Position numbers and translations under genes: made by a program. From contig NC_045697.1 of NCBI RefSeq assembly GCF_009834535.1, forward strand, positions 61,134,001 to 61,198,000: DNA of 64,000 nt, read 5' to 3'. Shown piece after piece: positions 51,140 through 61,660 of this stretch (position 1 is the first letter of the stretch; every line of letters begins with the position of its first letter). The notes under the pieces were generated by a model that saw nothing but the letters and a program-made list of their open reading frames with translations, searched no databases and was not told where the DNA came from. This DNA comes from Camelus ferus (Eukaryota).

Positions 51140-53320
51140 TTTTTCCAATTTCTTTGTCAGATTTTAATATCAAGGTCACAATGGCATCCTAAAAAGAACT
51201 GGTCAATCATCTCTCCTCCTTTATTTTCTGAAAAGATTTGTGGTAAATGTGTGTTATTTATTCTTCATATATTTAGTAAAATTCTCTAGCAAAACCATCT
51301 GGACCTTGACATTTTTTTGGAGATATTCTGACAGCAAATTCAATTTCTTCAATGGATATAGAGCTATTCAGATTTTGTGTGGAGGTTAGTGTCAATTTTG
51401 TTAAGTTGTATTTTTCAAGAAGTATGTCCATTCATCTAAGTTGTCAAACTTGTGGGCATAAAGTTGTTCATAGTATTCAATCATTGCCTTTCAATTTCTA
51501 CAGCATCTATAACAATAGCCTTCTTAATATAGGTGATTTGTGTTGCCTCTTTTTCTCTTAGTCTATTTAGGAATTTGTCAATTACACTGATCTTATCAAA
51601 ACACATCTTTTAGCTTTTCTAATTCTTTCTGTTGCCTGTTTTCATTGCATTGATATATGCTCTTCTTTTATTATTTCTTTACTTCCACTTACTTTGGGTT
51701 TACTTTGTTTTACTTTTTCTAATACCTGAATTTGGAATCATAGATAATTTATTCTAGGTAATTTTTCTTTCCTAACATATACATTTAAAGCTCTGAGTTT
51801 CCCACCAAGTGTTTCTTTAACTGATTCAAGTAAATATTGACTGGATTTCAACTGTCATTCAGTTAAAAAAAAAACTATTTTCTAATTTCCTTTCTGATTT
51901 CACCTATAATCCAGGAGGGTTCTGTTTGACCCATGGATTTACATAGCTGCATTTTTCAGATTGGGGTGGGGGTATTTCCAGATATTTGTGGCAGAGATCT
52001 ACATATCCTGCTTTAATTTACTCCTATTTTGGCCAGAGAATAAAATCTGTATATATTTTATTTTTTAAATTTATTGAGTTTTGTTTTATAGTCTAGCATA
52101 TAGTGAACCTTAAAAACATTTTTTTCCCCATGGAAAAGAATGTGTATTGAGTACACATTATGTTGAATATAATAATGTAATAAACAATATTTCCAGTGGT
52201 AAATAGTGCTGTTATTAGTGTCTTATTATTCTATCAGTTGTTGATAGAGGGATGTTAATATCTTCTTCTATGTTTGTTGAATTGTCTATTTCTTTTTACA
52301 ATTCATTCATTTTTATTTTGTGTATTTTGAGGCTATTTTATTATTTTGAGATACATACACATTTAGAAATATGTCCTACTGATGACTTAGTCTTTTTTTC
52401 ATTATAAAATGTCCTACTTTACTTCTTGAAGTCCATTTTATATGATATTAAGATAGCCACTCCAATCTTACTAAGCTTACTGTTTGTATAGTAAACCTCA
52501 TACTATTACTTCACTTTCAATCTACCTATGACTTTATATTTAAAATATTTTTCTTATAGGCTACATGTAAGTGCAGTTTTGCATTTTAATCAATCTCTGG
52601 TTCTTGGTGCTTAGGCAATTCACATTTAATGTAATTATTGATATGGCTGGATATAGTCTCATATGGTTGATACAGCCTCATTTATTGCTTGTTTTTTGTT
52701 TATCCCCTCTGATTTTTGCTGCTCTGTTTTACCTTTTATCTCTTCTTTTGGATTTTATTTGATCTTTATATTTAAGGTATATATTGGATTTTTGGCTATA
52801 TATCTTTACATAATTTTTTTTACCACTATAGGAATTAAAATACACATATTCAAGTATTCACAGTCATCTCAAAATAAGGTTGCACTACTTCAATAAAATA
52901 CAGAATGTTTGCAACCATATAGGTCTCTTTATACCCCCACTAAGCCTTATCTTACGGTTGTTAAATCTTTTACATCTACGTATATTGAAAGTCCCATTGT
53001 ACCTTGTTATACTTTTTGCTGTCATCATGTGTTTATATTTTAAATAAAAATAAAAATAGTCTATTATGTTTAATTAAATATTTATCATTTCTACTCTCTC
53101 TTCATTCTTAAAGAGCCAAGATTCCCTCTGGTATCATTTTCCTTCAACCTGAAGAGATTTCTTTAACATTTCTTATAGAGTAGGTTTGCTAGTACAGATG
53201 CTCTTACTTTTCATTCATCTCAGAATACCTTTCTTCATTCCCTTAATATCTTCATTTCCCTTATGTGCTCAATGTCTCCAATCTGTTTTTCTTTCCTCTA
53301 CAATCTGATAATATTTGTTT
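51140..53320 (-). mobile_element. Old L1M LINE fragment
   Basis: aaaaccatctggacctt...aattcaatttcttcaatggatatagagctattcagatttt...tgtccattcatctaagttgtcaaactt and further reverse-strand L1 motifs to about 53300. Confidence 0.75.
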
Positions 53321-53336
53321 GCTTTGATCAGAAACA

Positions 53337-53928
53337 ATCCTCAGGTCAGGGAGGCTGAAACTGGTGGGGTGCAGGTGATCTGCAGCAGGATCTGCATCTC
53401 CACGAGGAAGGTGTCAATGGGGGTGTCCCTGAAGAGCTTGAAGAAAAGGTACTCCAGGCATGACGCCTGATGGAGTGCAGGGCTGGGAGGCACAGCAGCA
53501 GTTTTGCAAACCTGCCTGGTTGTTCCAGGTACTTCTGCTTGGTGTTAGCCTCAAGAATGGCATAAATTTTCTCTCCCAGAGCCTCTGGGGGGTTGGACAG
53601 ACCCTCGGCATCTGGGTTAAACAGCATGATGGCTCGCAGGCTTCCCAGCTCCATTGCATCCATCTGCTTCATTTTGAACACCAGCTCAGTCAGAACTCTG
53701 ACAAAGATGGAGCCTGCCTCAGCACTTTGGACACTGCTCAGGTGAATGTATAAACTCATGGCCAGAAGGATGCCATCCTGCCCACAGAAGCCAGTAGGAG
53801 AAGAAGAGGACAGCCAGCAATCCACTCTACCCTGTCTGGAACAAAATGACCTGGACCTCCAAGGTGAGGTCAGAGAAATGGGAAACGCAGTTGGTCCATT
53901 CAAAGAGAGGGGTAAGTGGCTTATCAGC
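53337..53928 (-). pseudogene. RXRG: Processed pseudogene fragment of retinoid X receptor gamma (ligand-binding domain plus start of 3' UTR)
   Basis: Minus-strand translation: [33 protein letters not shown] ... QDGILLA...[15 protein letters not shown]...[21 protein letters not shown]...[33 protein letters not shown] ... [12 protein letters not shown]...LQIT. SDLTLE, QDG, GSIF, TKQKY and LQIT are gamma-specific versus RXRA/RXRB. No introns. In-frame TAG at 53827-53829, plus frameshifts. Confidence 0.93.
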
Positions 53929-54477
53929 TTTTTCTTTTCCCCCCAACACAGGGCATTTATTGTACCTTTAAAACATTACAAACAGGAATCATCCAGCATC
54001 TTACTGTTTTTGTAGCTGGACAACTTAGGTCTGAATCATCAGCATGCTAACTGTTCCATTTTCAGAAACATAAATACCATCCCAAATGTTTCTGCTATCT
54101 GTGTTTTTAACTGTTGGGGCTTGCTAAATCAAAGCCGCTGAATTTGATACAAGGTCAATGTTGTTTCCTTCAGGAATTAACTCATTTTTTCTGGCACTTG
54201 AGATACTCAACAAGCCACGCTTGGCCTCATTTGAACCTTGCAGATGTATTTTTCACCCAAGAAATTTCACATTTCAACAAGAGCTCCATTCTTCTGAATA
54301 ATGACGCTGATGGGGAAGTGAGTACACACAATCTCATCTTAAAATGGGAGCCCATTGTAACGCCCCTGACCACGTTCTGAGCATGGCTACAAGGCAGTGC
54401 AAAAAGGTGGCCCATTCCTTTCTATTTCTCCACGATTTGGTAACTCAGAGCCTCTTCTTTTTCTTTCCAAGGAAACT
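53929..54477 (-). pseudogene. RPL9: 5'-truncated processed pseudogene of 60S ribosomal protein L9 (uL6)
   Basis: Minus strand: LGKKKKRL...RNRKE...CSHAQNVVRGVTMGSHFKMR...[25 protein letters not shown]...ELIPEGNNIDLVSNSAALI*QAPTVKN...DGIYVSENGTV. Then 3' UTR, AATAAA (53956-53961) and an A-tail remnant (53929-53938). Intronless, with stops and frameshifts. Confidence 0.95.
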
Positions 54478-55029
54478 TTTTTGTATTTTATCCAAAGATT
54501 TATTTGTAAGCAAAAGACACTGCAGTGACTTTATGCAGCCATGGCATATCTGTAACTCTGTATAAACTATATAAGAGTGATTGCAGTGATGAAAGTGTGG
54601 GTTTCAGATATGGAAAAAGGCCTGGGCTATTCAATACAAAAAAACCTTATGGAATATAAAGGAAACTAGTGGCCCTAACTCAGCATACATTAAAAAAAAA
54701 AATTCCTGATTGCTCATTGATTTAAATTTAAATACTATAAACAATAAGAGTTTTAAATATAATATATGCTATCTTTATAGTTAGAGGATAAAATATTTTA
54801 AAAATAAGATAGAATATGTACAAAATGTAAATAAGAAAAAAAATCAAGAAATCAGACTACATTATAACTAGCAGCTGTTTATTTTTACTACATTAAAAAT
54901 AGCAGTAAGTGGGATAATATATAAAATATAAGTACATGACAAATGATTCATTTCCAGAATATGATTACATCTATTTATCTATCTACCTACCTATCTTCTA
55001 TACCACACAGACAGAGAGACAGACAGGCA

Positions 55030-55066
55030 GACACACACACACACACATACACACACACACACACAC
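55030..55066. repeat. (CA)n microsatellite preceded by (TATC)/(AGAC) units
   Basis: Directly visible. Confidence 0.9.
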
Positions 55067-55267
55067 AAAATTACAACAAAGATACAGACTACTCATTAAA
55101 AAAATTAGAAAAAGGCTTGAATGGGCATATTATAAAACAGAATGTCCAAATGGCTGATAAGCATTAAAAATGTATTTAACTTCATTAGTTTTCAAGGAAA
55201 TATAAACCAAACAACACACAAATTCACACAATATGACACAACTTCTCATCTAAAAGAATGGTTGATA

Positions 55268-55675
55268 TATTAGTTAACTATGGCCATAATAAAGCTATGT
55301 AAGAAATAAGTACATAATGTCAGCAGTATTCAATAGTGAGCATTTATTTAGCTTACCAGGTGTCAGGTCAGCTAAAGGTCAGCTAGTCTAGGGTAGGTTC
55401 CATTAGATGGATAGCTTTGCTCTGCTCCACGTGTCTTTCATACTTCTCCTGGGATCACATGGCTAATTTAGACATACACCTCTTGTGGACACTACTGAAA
55501 CATAAGAAAGCAAGCCCAACCAAGCAAGCATTTCTCATTACTCTACTTACATTGTGAAGCTAACATTTCATTGACCAAAGCAATTCACATGGACAGGACT
55601 AGAATCTAATGCCAGGGAATTACATTCTACTCTGAAGGGTAGGAAGTATTTTTTATTAATAATCTAATCTATTGC
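55268..55675 (-). mobile_element. MaLR LTR (MLT1H/I-like)
   Basis: ctctgctccacgtgtctttcat...gaaagcaagcccaaccaagcaagcatttc...gctaacatttcattgaccaaagcaattcacatgg...aataatctaatcta. Confidence 0.65.
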
Positions 55676-56877
55676 AGTGATGGCAATATCAAGTGTTGGT
55701 GAGTATGCAAATTATCTGGAACTCTCATAATGATGGTGGAAGTGGAAATTGATGTAGCCACTTCAGATACTTATTCAGTATTATCTGAAAAAGCTGGACC
55801 AAGTTACAGTTTTGACCCAGCAATTCTATTACAGTCATATACCCAAAAAGTGCCCCCAAATACGTGTGTATGTATATGTTAGTACTAACATACATAATAG
55901 CTAAAGTGTAATAAGTAAATTGATGTATATTCACATTATGGAATACTATCAAACCAGAATATATGAACCATTGCCTCTTTAAACAACATAAATGAATGTC
56001 ACAGAATAATACTGAATAAAAAAAGCAAAATTATATGAAATGATTCTATTTACAGAATTCAAAAACAGGCAAAAGTAACATAATGTGTTAGACGACAGGA
56101 TAGTGGTTATCTTTCAGAGAAACTATTACTTAAAGGGGGAATGAAGAGCTTCTTGGGTGCTAAGACAGTTCTGTTTGTCCATCTGGGGATTGTTATTTTT
56201 TTGTTTTTGTATTTGTTTTGCTTTATTTTATATGTGTGAAAATTCATCAAACTGATCACTTGTTTGTTGTTTCATATATGAATGTTACACTTCAAAAAAT
56301 ATTAAAATGAAAATTAAGAGAATAATACACACAAATTCCGGGACAATAATTAAAATAAAAGGAGGCTTTGAATGGTAGTCTGGAGAAGAACAGAAGATGA
56401 TGAAGTGCTATTGGCAAAGTTCCAATTAAATTGGTTTGTGGGTTGAAGGATGTTCATTTTATTGCTTGTTTTTACCATGTAGATATATGTGTGTCAACAT
56501 CTGTACAACTATTAGAAAATAATTAATAATCATAAGCTTGCAAAATGATATAATAAAAAGAGAAAGAACCTCATGATTGACAGTGCAGATTATCAAATGA
56601 TTTATGAAATAAATGACTAAACATGACTAATTTATGTCAATATGTCTTATATACTTGCATGATAATAAATCATATATTAGTAATTGTATATTTCAATAAA
56701 CACACTAGTATTACACTAGTTATTTTACCACTTTCTGTTTGCTGTTTCACACTAAATTCTAAACATCCATTTAAGTTTTTTGTGGTTGTTGCCACTAATA
56801 GTCATATGACCGGGTCATATTTCATTAACCAATCCTCTAGAGCACAAACAATGATGCAATAAACTGAAAGCCTTCCA

Positions 56878-57031
56878 TGGTTGACCCTTGAACAACACAG
56901 GTCTGAAATGCATGGGTCCACTTGTATGCAGATTTTTTTTCACTCGTATGTACTATAGTACTACCAGATCCACAGTTGGTTGGTGTAGAAGGTTGGTGCC
57001 CCTAACCCCAGTATTGTTCAAGGGTCAACAG
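56878..57031. mobile_element. Tigger2/MER8-like Tc1-mariner MITE
   Basis: Perfect 16-bp inverted termini gttgacccttgaacaa (56880-56895) and ttgttcaagggtcaac (57014-57029). TA follows the right end. Confidence 0.88.
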
Positions 57032-57132
57032 TATATAGATGCCTGTATTGTCCCATTCATGCAAATATGTTTGTGATAACAATTTTCAAGGATGAGAGTG
57101 TGGCAAAGAACTCTCAAGAATATTTCTGTCTA

Positions 57133-57301
57133 GGGGGGTGGGTATAGTTCAAGTGGTAGAGCACTTGCTTATCATGCATGAGGTCCTGGGTTCAATCCCC
57201 AGAACCTCAAATAAATAAACCTAGTTACCTCCCCCCACCAAAATAAAATAATTAAATAATACCATAGTAAATAAAACATAAAGTTTTTTTTAATTAAAAA
57301 A
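57133..57301 (+). mobile_element. tRNA-derived SINE, camelid Vic-1 type
   Basis: GGGGGGTGGGTATAGTTCAAGTGGTAGAG (A box), GGTTCAATCCCC (B box), aataaacctagttacctcccc and an A-rich tail. 17-bp TSD aagaatatttctgtcta (57116-57132) / aagaatatgtctgtcta (57302-57318). Confidence 0.93.
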
Positions 57302-57559
57302 AAGAATATGTCTGTCTATTAATAAATGATTCAAAATGGTGCAGCAATTGAGTTCATGTTCCATCAATAGCATATAAACAGAATTTTTTCTTCATACCAA
57401 GAATTTTATCTTTGCCCATCTTTGCCTATTCATATAAGCTAGATAATTAAGATTGTTATTGGCATGGAGAAAAAAAGCTCTTTCATATGACTGTTGATGG
57501 GATGTGAACATATATATTGGTAGAGATAAATATAGATAGGTAGGTAAGTAGATAGACAC

Positions 57560-58090
57560 AGTTATTTTTTAAAGTCTATTTTAAACATCTTTATTAGTGA
57601 GGTTAATCATTTGTCATACAGTTCATTTTTTTTGCTCTCATTTATTTGAGATGTTCCTTTTCCTGATTGATTTATTAGTGTTTCTTTTATAATGAAAATA
57701 ATGTGCACATTATATCTTTTGTTCATAGCACTAGATTTTGAATTTATCTTCCGGAAGTTTTGTTATGATTTTATTTCAACATAAGTCTCTGTTGGAATTT
57801 GTGCCAGTTTTCCCCAATGAATATTCACTCATAATTTAGTATCTATATTTTTGTTTAAAATTTTGAGTCAGCCAGAATTATTTTTGATGTAGGGACAGAG
57901 AAATCCAGCTTCATTTTATTTTCCAAATGGCTAGCCAGATAACTGTTGCATTGAATAAGAAATTAATTTAATTTCCACTAATTTGAAAGGTTTATCATAT
58001 ATTAAATTTAGGTATTTTATATACAAAATCTGCATCTTAGGATAGTTTAAACATACAGTGATTATGCAATTCTTTTTTACTTTATAGCAA
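57560..58090 (-). mobile_element. Old L1ME-like remnant
   Basis: atccagcttcattttattttccaaatggctagccag and neighbouring reverse-strand L1 motifs. Confidence 0.45.
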
Positions 58091-58947
58091 AATTTAAGCC
58101 ATTTCAGGTAAAAGTTGAGCCTACTTGGAAAGTATATAGTTGTAGATCATTGTATTCAACATGCTCTTCCATTTCTTTACCCTAAATCTCCCTGCACTTT
58201 GAAAGTCTTCACTTGTGTATAAATAGTTTTGGTGACAACATGCAAATATCTAATGTTGGAAACGAAATGACAGATTTATATTAAATTTTGTAGATGCTTA
58301 GAAAACATCATTTTTTTCAGCCTTATTTTTGGGTTTACTTCTTATATGTAATATATCTATGGAGAAAATGAAGCTCTTCAGTAACATAAATATAGGATCT
58401 TTATTCTTACATATGCTTTTTCATCTGATACGTGTAAACAGTCTTGAATTCATTTCAGGGAATGTATATAGCAAATCTAGCCAACAATACATATTCACCA
58501 ATGTAAAAACCAGCTTGAAATCTTGTGTTCTTGCTATGTAAAAATTATTATTTTCTTCTCCTTTTCATGATAGTCAGTTTAGAACAAACTTGTATATTAG
58601 GAATCAGGGAAAGTAATGAAGATTATATAGTATGTATCGGTAAATGGGCTGAAAATGTTTTTTGATTGACCCTTTCTTTATAAATATGATTTGGGATTTC
58701 AAGAAGGGCATTTTAGAAATGCCACTCAGTATATTCAGCAAATGTTACCTTCTATCACAGAGGATAAGCTCCGAATGTGATCTGAGTTAAAAGGAACCAT
58801 GAGAGAATAGCTTGTAAATGACACTTTAGCTTTTCAGTCTTGATTGAGTTCAATACTGAATTTGAGAACAGTATAGCTGCGTTTGTAAGCAAACTTTACT
58901 TCTTGTTTTGTATTATTATTAAGTGTTTTCCCTTAACATTCAGGAAA

Positions 58948-59034
58948 ACTAGTTTTTCTATTGTAGTATTTAATTTCTCTGTTGCCTTGTTTATTTTCTG
59001 TCTGGAAGATCTGTCTAGTGATGTTAATGCAGTG
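58948..59034 (-). mobile_element. Isolated internal L1 ORF2 endonuclease-domain fragment
   Basis: Minus strand reads (N)TALTSLDRSSRQKINKATEKLNTTIEKL. Flanked by the 15-bp direct repeat ttaacattcaggaaa. Confidence 0.85.
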
Positions 59035-59859
59035 TTAACATTCAGGAAATTATTGCTTCTTCCACTAAAGTCTGTATTTCACTTTTGTACTGAAATAGAT
59101 TTTAAAACTTTGGATAGGTAGTCTTGAAATCGTAACTGTTCTTGTGATCATTCCTTGTATTTCCACAGAATTAATTTTGCTGTGAAACTTTTCCAGGAAT
59201 CCTTTAGCAGGAGGTTCTCCCATCTTTTCTGGACCTTTGTGCTCTTAATACTGTTGCTCACTGCCCTTACCATCAAAGATACAGAGATAGGAAAATCCAT
59301 TAAACCTTTATTTTGCATTTGTTCCTTTGCTCCATTATTCAGTCTTTGTAATGACAAAGGATCATATCTACAAAATCTATGCAATAACAAAGTTTTCAAA
59401 TGACAATTCATATAAAAATATTCAGTGAATAAACAAAACAAATTATTCTAAGCCATATTCTTTAGACCCAGCATGAAATCAGATTCATCTCCACAGATTA
59501 TCCTCATTTATGTTTTTCTTATTCACATTGTGCTATCACAGCACTCAGAGAAAACAAATTATGATTATTATTTTTTAAATTCCACTAAGAATTAGGATAA
59601 CTCAGAAGTTTTTGATTACTCTAATCTAACTTCTAGTAATGAATCAATAACATGGGCCATCCTTACATAATTAAATTAAGATCAACATCTTGAGAGTCAC
59701 ATGATGCAAGGTGCTGTACAAAAAAATGGCTTGGTAGTGGCCTAGGGATACCACTCAAGGGACATAATCTGGTAGCTTACAATGGATGTCTCAGAAAAAT
59801 CTTTAAGCCTCTTAGTCAAATGATCAACTACCATAATCCTACTTTTAATAATTAGTGGC

Positions 59860-60220
59860 TGATGGTTAGGGGTTGCTTTCAGCCCCTCAAGGCTGCTTTA
59901 TTTTCCCTGCACATGGTCCCTTACATCTTTAAAACCAGGAAAGATCTGTGGAATCTTTTTGCTTTGAATACCTTTTACCTCCCATTCTGCTACTAGGTAG
60001 AGAAGTATCTCTGCTTTTAAAGGGTTCGTATAATCAGATTAGACCCACCAGGATAATTTCCACTTTGATTAACTCAGTGTCAACTGATTAGAGACCTTAA
60101 TTACATCTACAAAATTCATTTTACTCTGTAACGATATAGTCATGGGCAAAATGTCTCTAAACCTAAGGTCATGGGGATTGAGAAAAATGTTGAGGGACAA
60201 TTTTAGAATATGCCTGTCAT
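59860..60220 (-). mobile_element. MaLR LTR fragment (MLT1-like)
   Basis: ctctgcttttaaagggttc...agattagacccaccaggataat...aactgattagagaccttaattacatctacaaaatt...attttagaatatgcctgtca. Confidence 0.7.
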
Positions 60221-60229
60221 AGGAGTTGA

Positions 60230-61140
60230 TCTTCCATTCCCTACTTGGGACAAAGAGGCAATGCTCTAATTCTACTGCTAGGGTACATTCATGAAGGTCC
60301 AGCAGAGATCTGAGCTACCAACCACACTCAGCAGCAGGAATACTTAACAAGGTGGTAGAAGGTGGTTTAGTTAGCTCTTCACTTACCCTGTCCTGGTACC
60401 ATCAGGACCTAATGAGGAGCTGAGCCTTCACTCCCATCCAGCAGCAACAAGACTGAATGAAACTGTGTGAGGGAAGGCTACTCAGCTCTCCGGTCTCCTC
60501 TACGCAACCTTGGTGTCAACAGGGAACTAAATCTTCACCCTCATCTAACTCCAGTGTACCCAAAACAGGGTAACTGCCTGCTAAAAAAGATAATATGCAC
60601 CCCAGAGTCTCACAATATAATACCCCAAATATTCACGTGCAATAAAAAAAATCACTTTTACAAATAATCAGGATAATCACAACATGTAATAAAGTACGAT
60701 TAACAGACATCAACATTGAGATTACTGAGACATTGTAGTTACCTGACAAGGATTTTAAAATCATGATCATAAAAAATTCATCAATGAGCAATTACAAGCA
60801 CTCTAGAAACAAGTGAAAAAACAGAACATCTTGGCAAAAGAATTAAGGATATAAAAAGAAACAAAAAGAAATCACAGATCTGAAAAATATAGTAACCAAA
60901 GTGGGGATGAGGGGGTGGGGCTGGAAATACCTCAATGGATGGGCTCAATAGCAGAATGAAATGACAGAGGAAAAAAATCAGTGAACTCAAAGATATATAA
61001 ATAGACATTACCCAATCTGAATAATTTGAAAGACAGAGAGAATATAGACTTAAGAATAGAGCCCCAAGGACCTGAAGACCAATACAGGACTATCTATCTA
61101 GCATTCATATCATCGGAATCCTAGAGAGGAGAAAGAATGC
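60230..61140 (+). mobile_element. Old L1M 5'/ORF1-region fragment
   Basis: gttacctgacaaggattttaaaa...gcaattacaagcactctagaaacaag...ctcaatggatgggctcaatagcagaatg...atcagtgaactcaaagata. Confidence 0.7.
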
Positions 61141-61149
61141 GAAGCTCAT

Positions 61150-61660
61150 ACAAGAACCTGGGTGGATCTCAAGGCATTTTGCTGAGTGTTAAAGAGCCAA
61201 TCTCAAAAGGCTAGATATTATATCATTTCATTTATTTAATATTTCTGAATAGCAAAATTTTAGAAAGAGACAATAGATTGGTGGTTTCCAGAGGCTAGGT
61301 ACAGAGGTGAGAGAAAGTTTGGGCATGGCTATGAAGGGTTAGCCTGATGGACCCTATGGTGGTGCAACAGTTCTGTATCTTAAGTGTGGTGGTAGTCATA
61401 CGAATCTATAGATGTGATAAAAAAGGCATAGCACTACATATCACACATACAAACACACACATACAAAGGAATTTTGTGGAACGTATACCAATGTGAATCT
61501 CCTGGTTTTGATGCTGTACTATGATTATTGATGATGTAGTGGGAAAACCTGGGTGAAGCATGCATAGAATCTCACTGTACTTTTTTGTCATGGTTCAGTT
61601 TTTGTTTGTTGTTTTTTGCAACTAACTGTGAATCTATACTCACCTCAAAATAAAAAGAAA
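61150..61660 (+). mobile_element. L1MC/MD-type 3' UTR fragment
   Basis: aacctgggtggatctcaaggcattttgctgagtg...ccaatctcaaaagg...tttgcaactaactgtgaatctatact...caaaataaaaa. Confidence 0.7.

Larger units (their letters stand above)
54600..56310 (+). mobile_element. Old L1ME-type 3' region, interrupted by a (CA)n and a MaLR LTR
   Basis: aatgtccaaatggctgataagcattaaaaatg...tttgacccagcaattctatt...tgattctatttacagaattcaaaaacaggcaaaa. Confidence 0.7.

Noticed and set aside
53346..53903. 185-aa ORF as a functional RXR-like protein
   Set aside because: Only the middle is in the RXRG frame. The N- and C-terminal parts are frameshifted, conserved residues are lost, and the true upstream frame has a TAG. It is a pseudogene.
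57133..57205. tRNA gene
   Set aside because: The tRNA-like head is followed by a SINE body, A-rich tail and TSD. It is a SINE.
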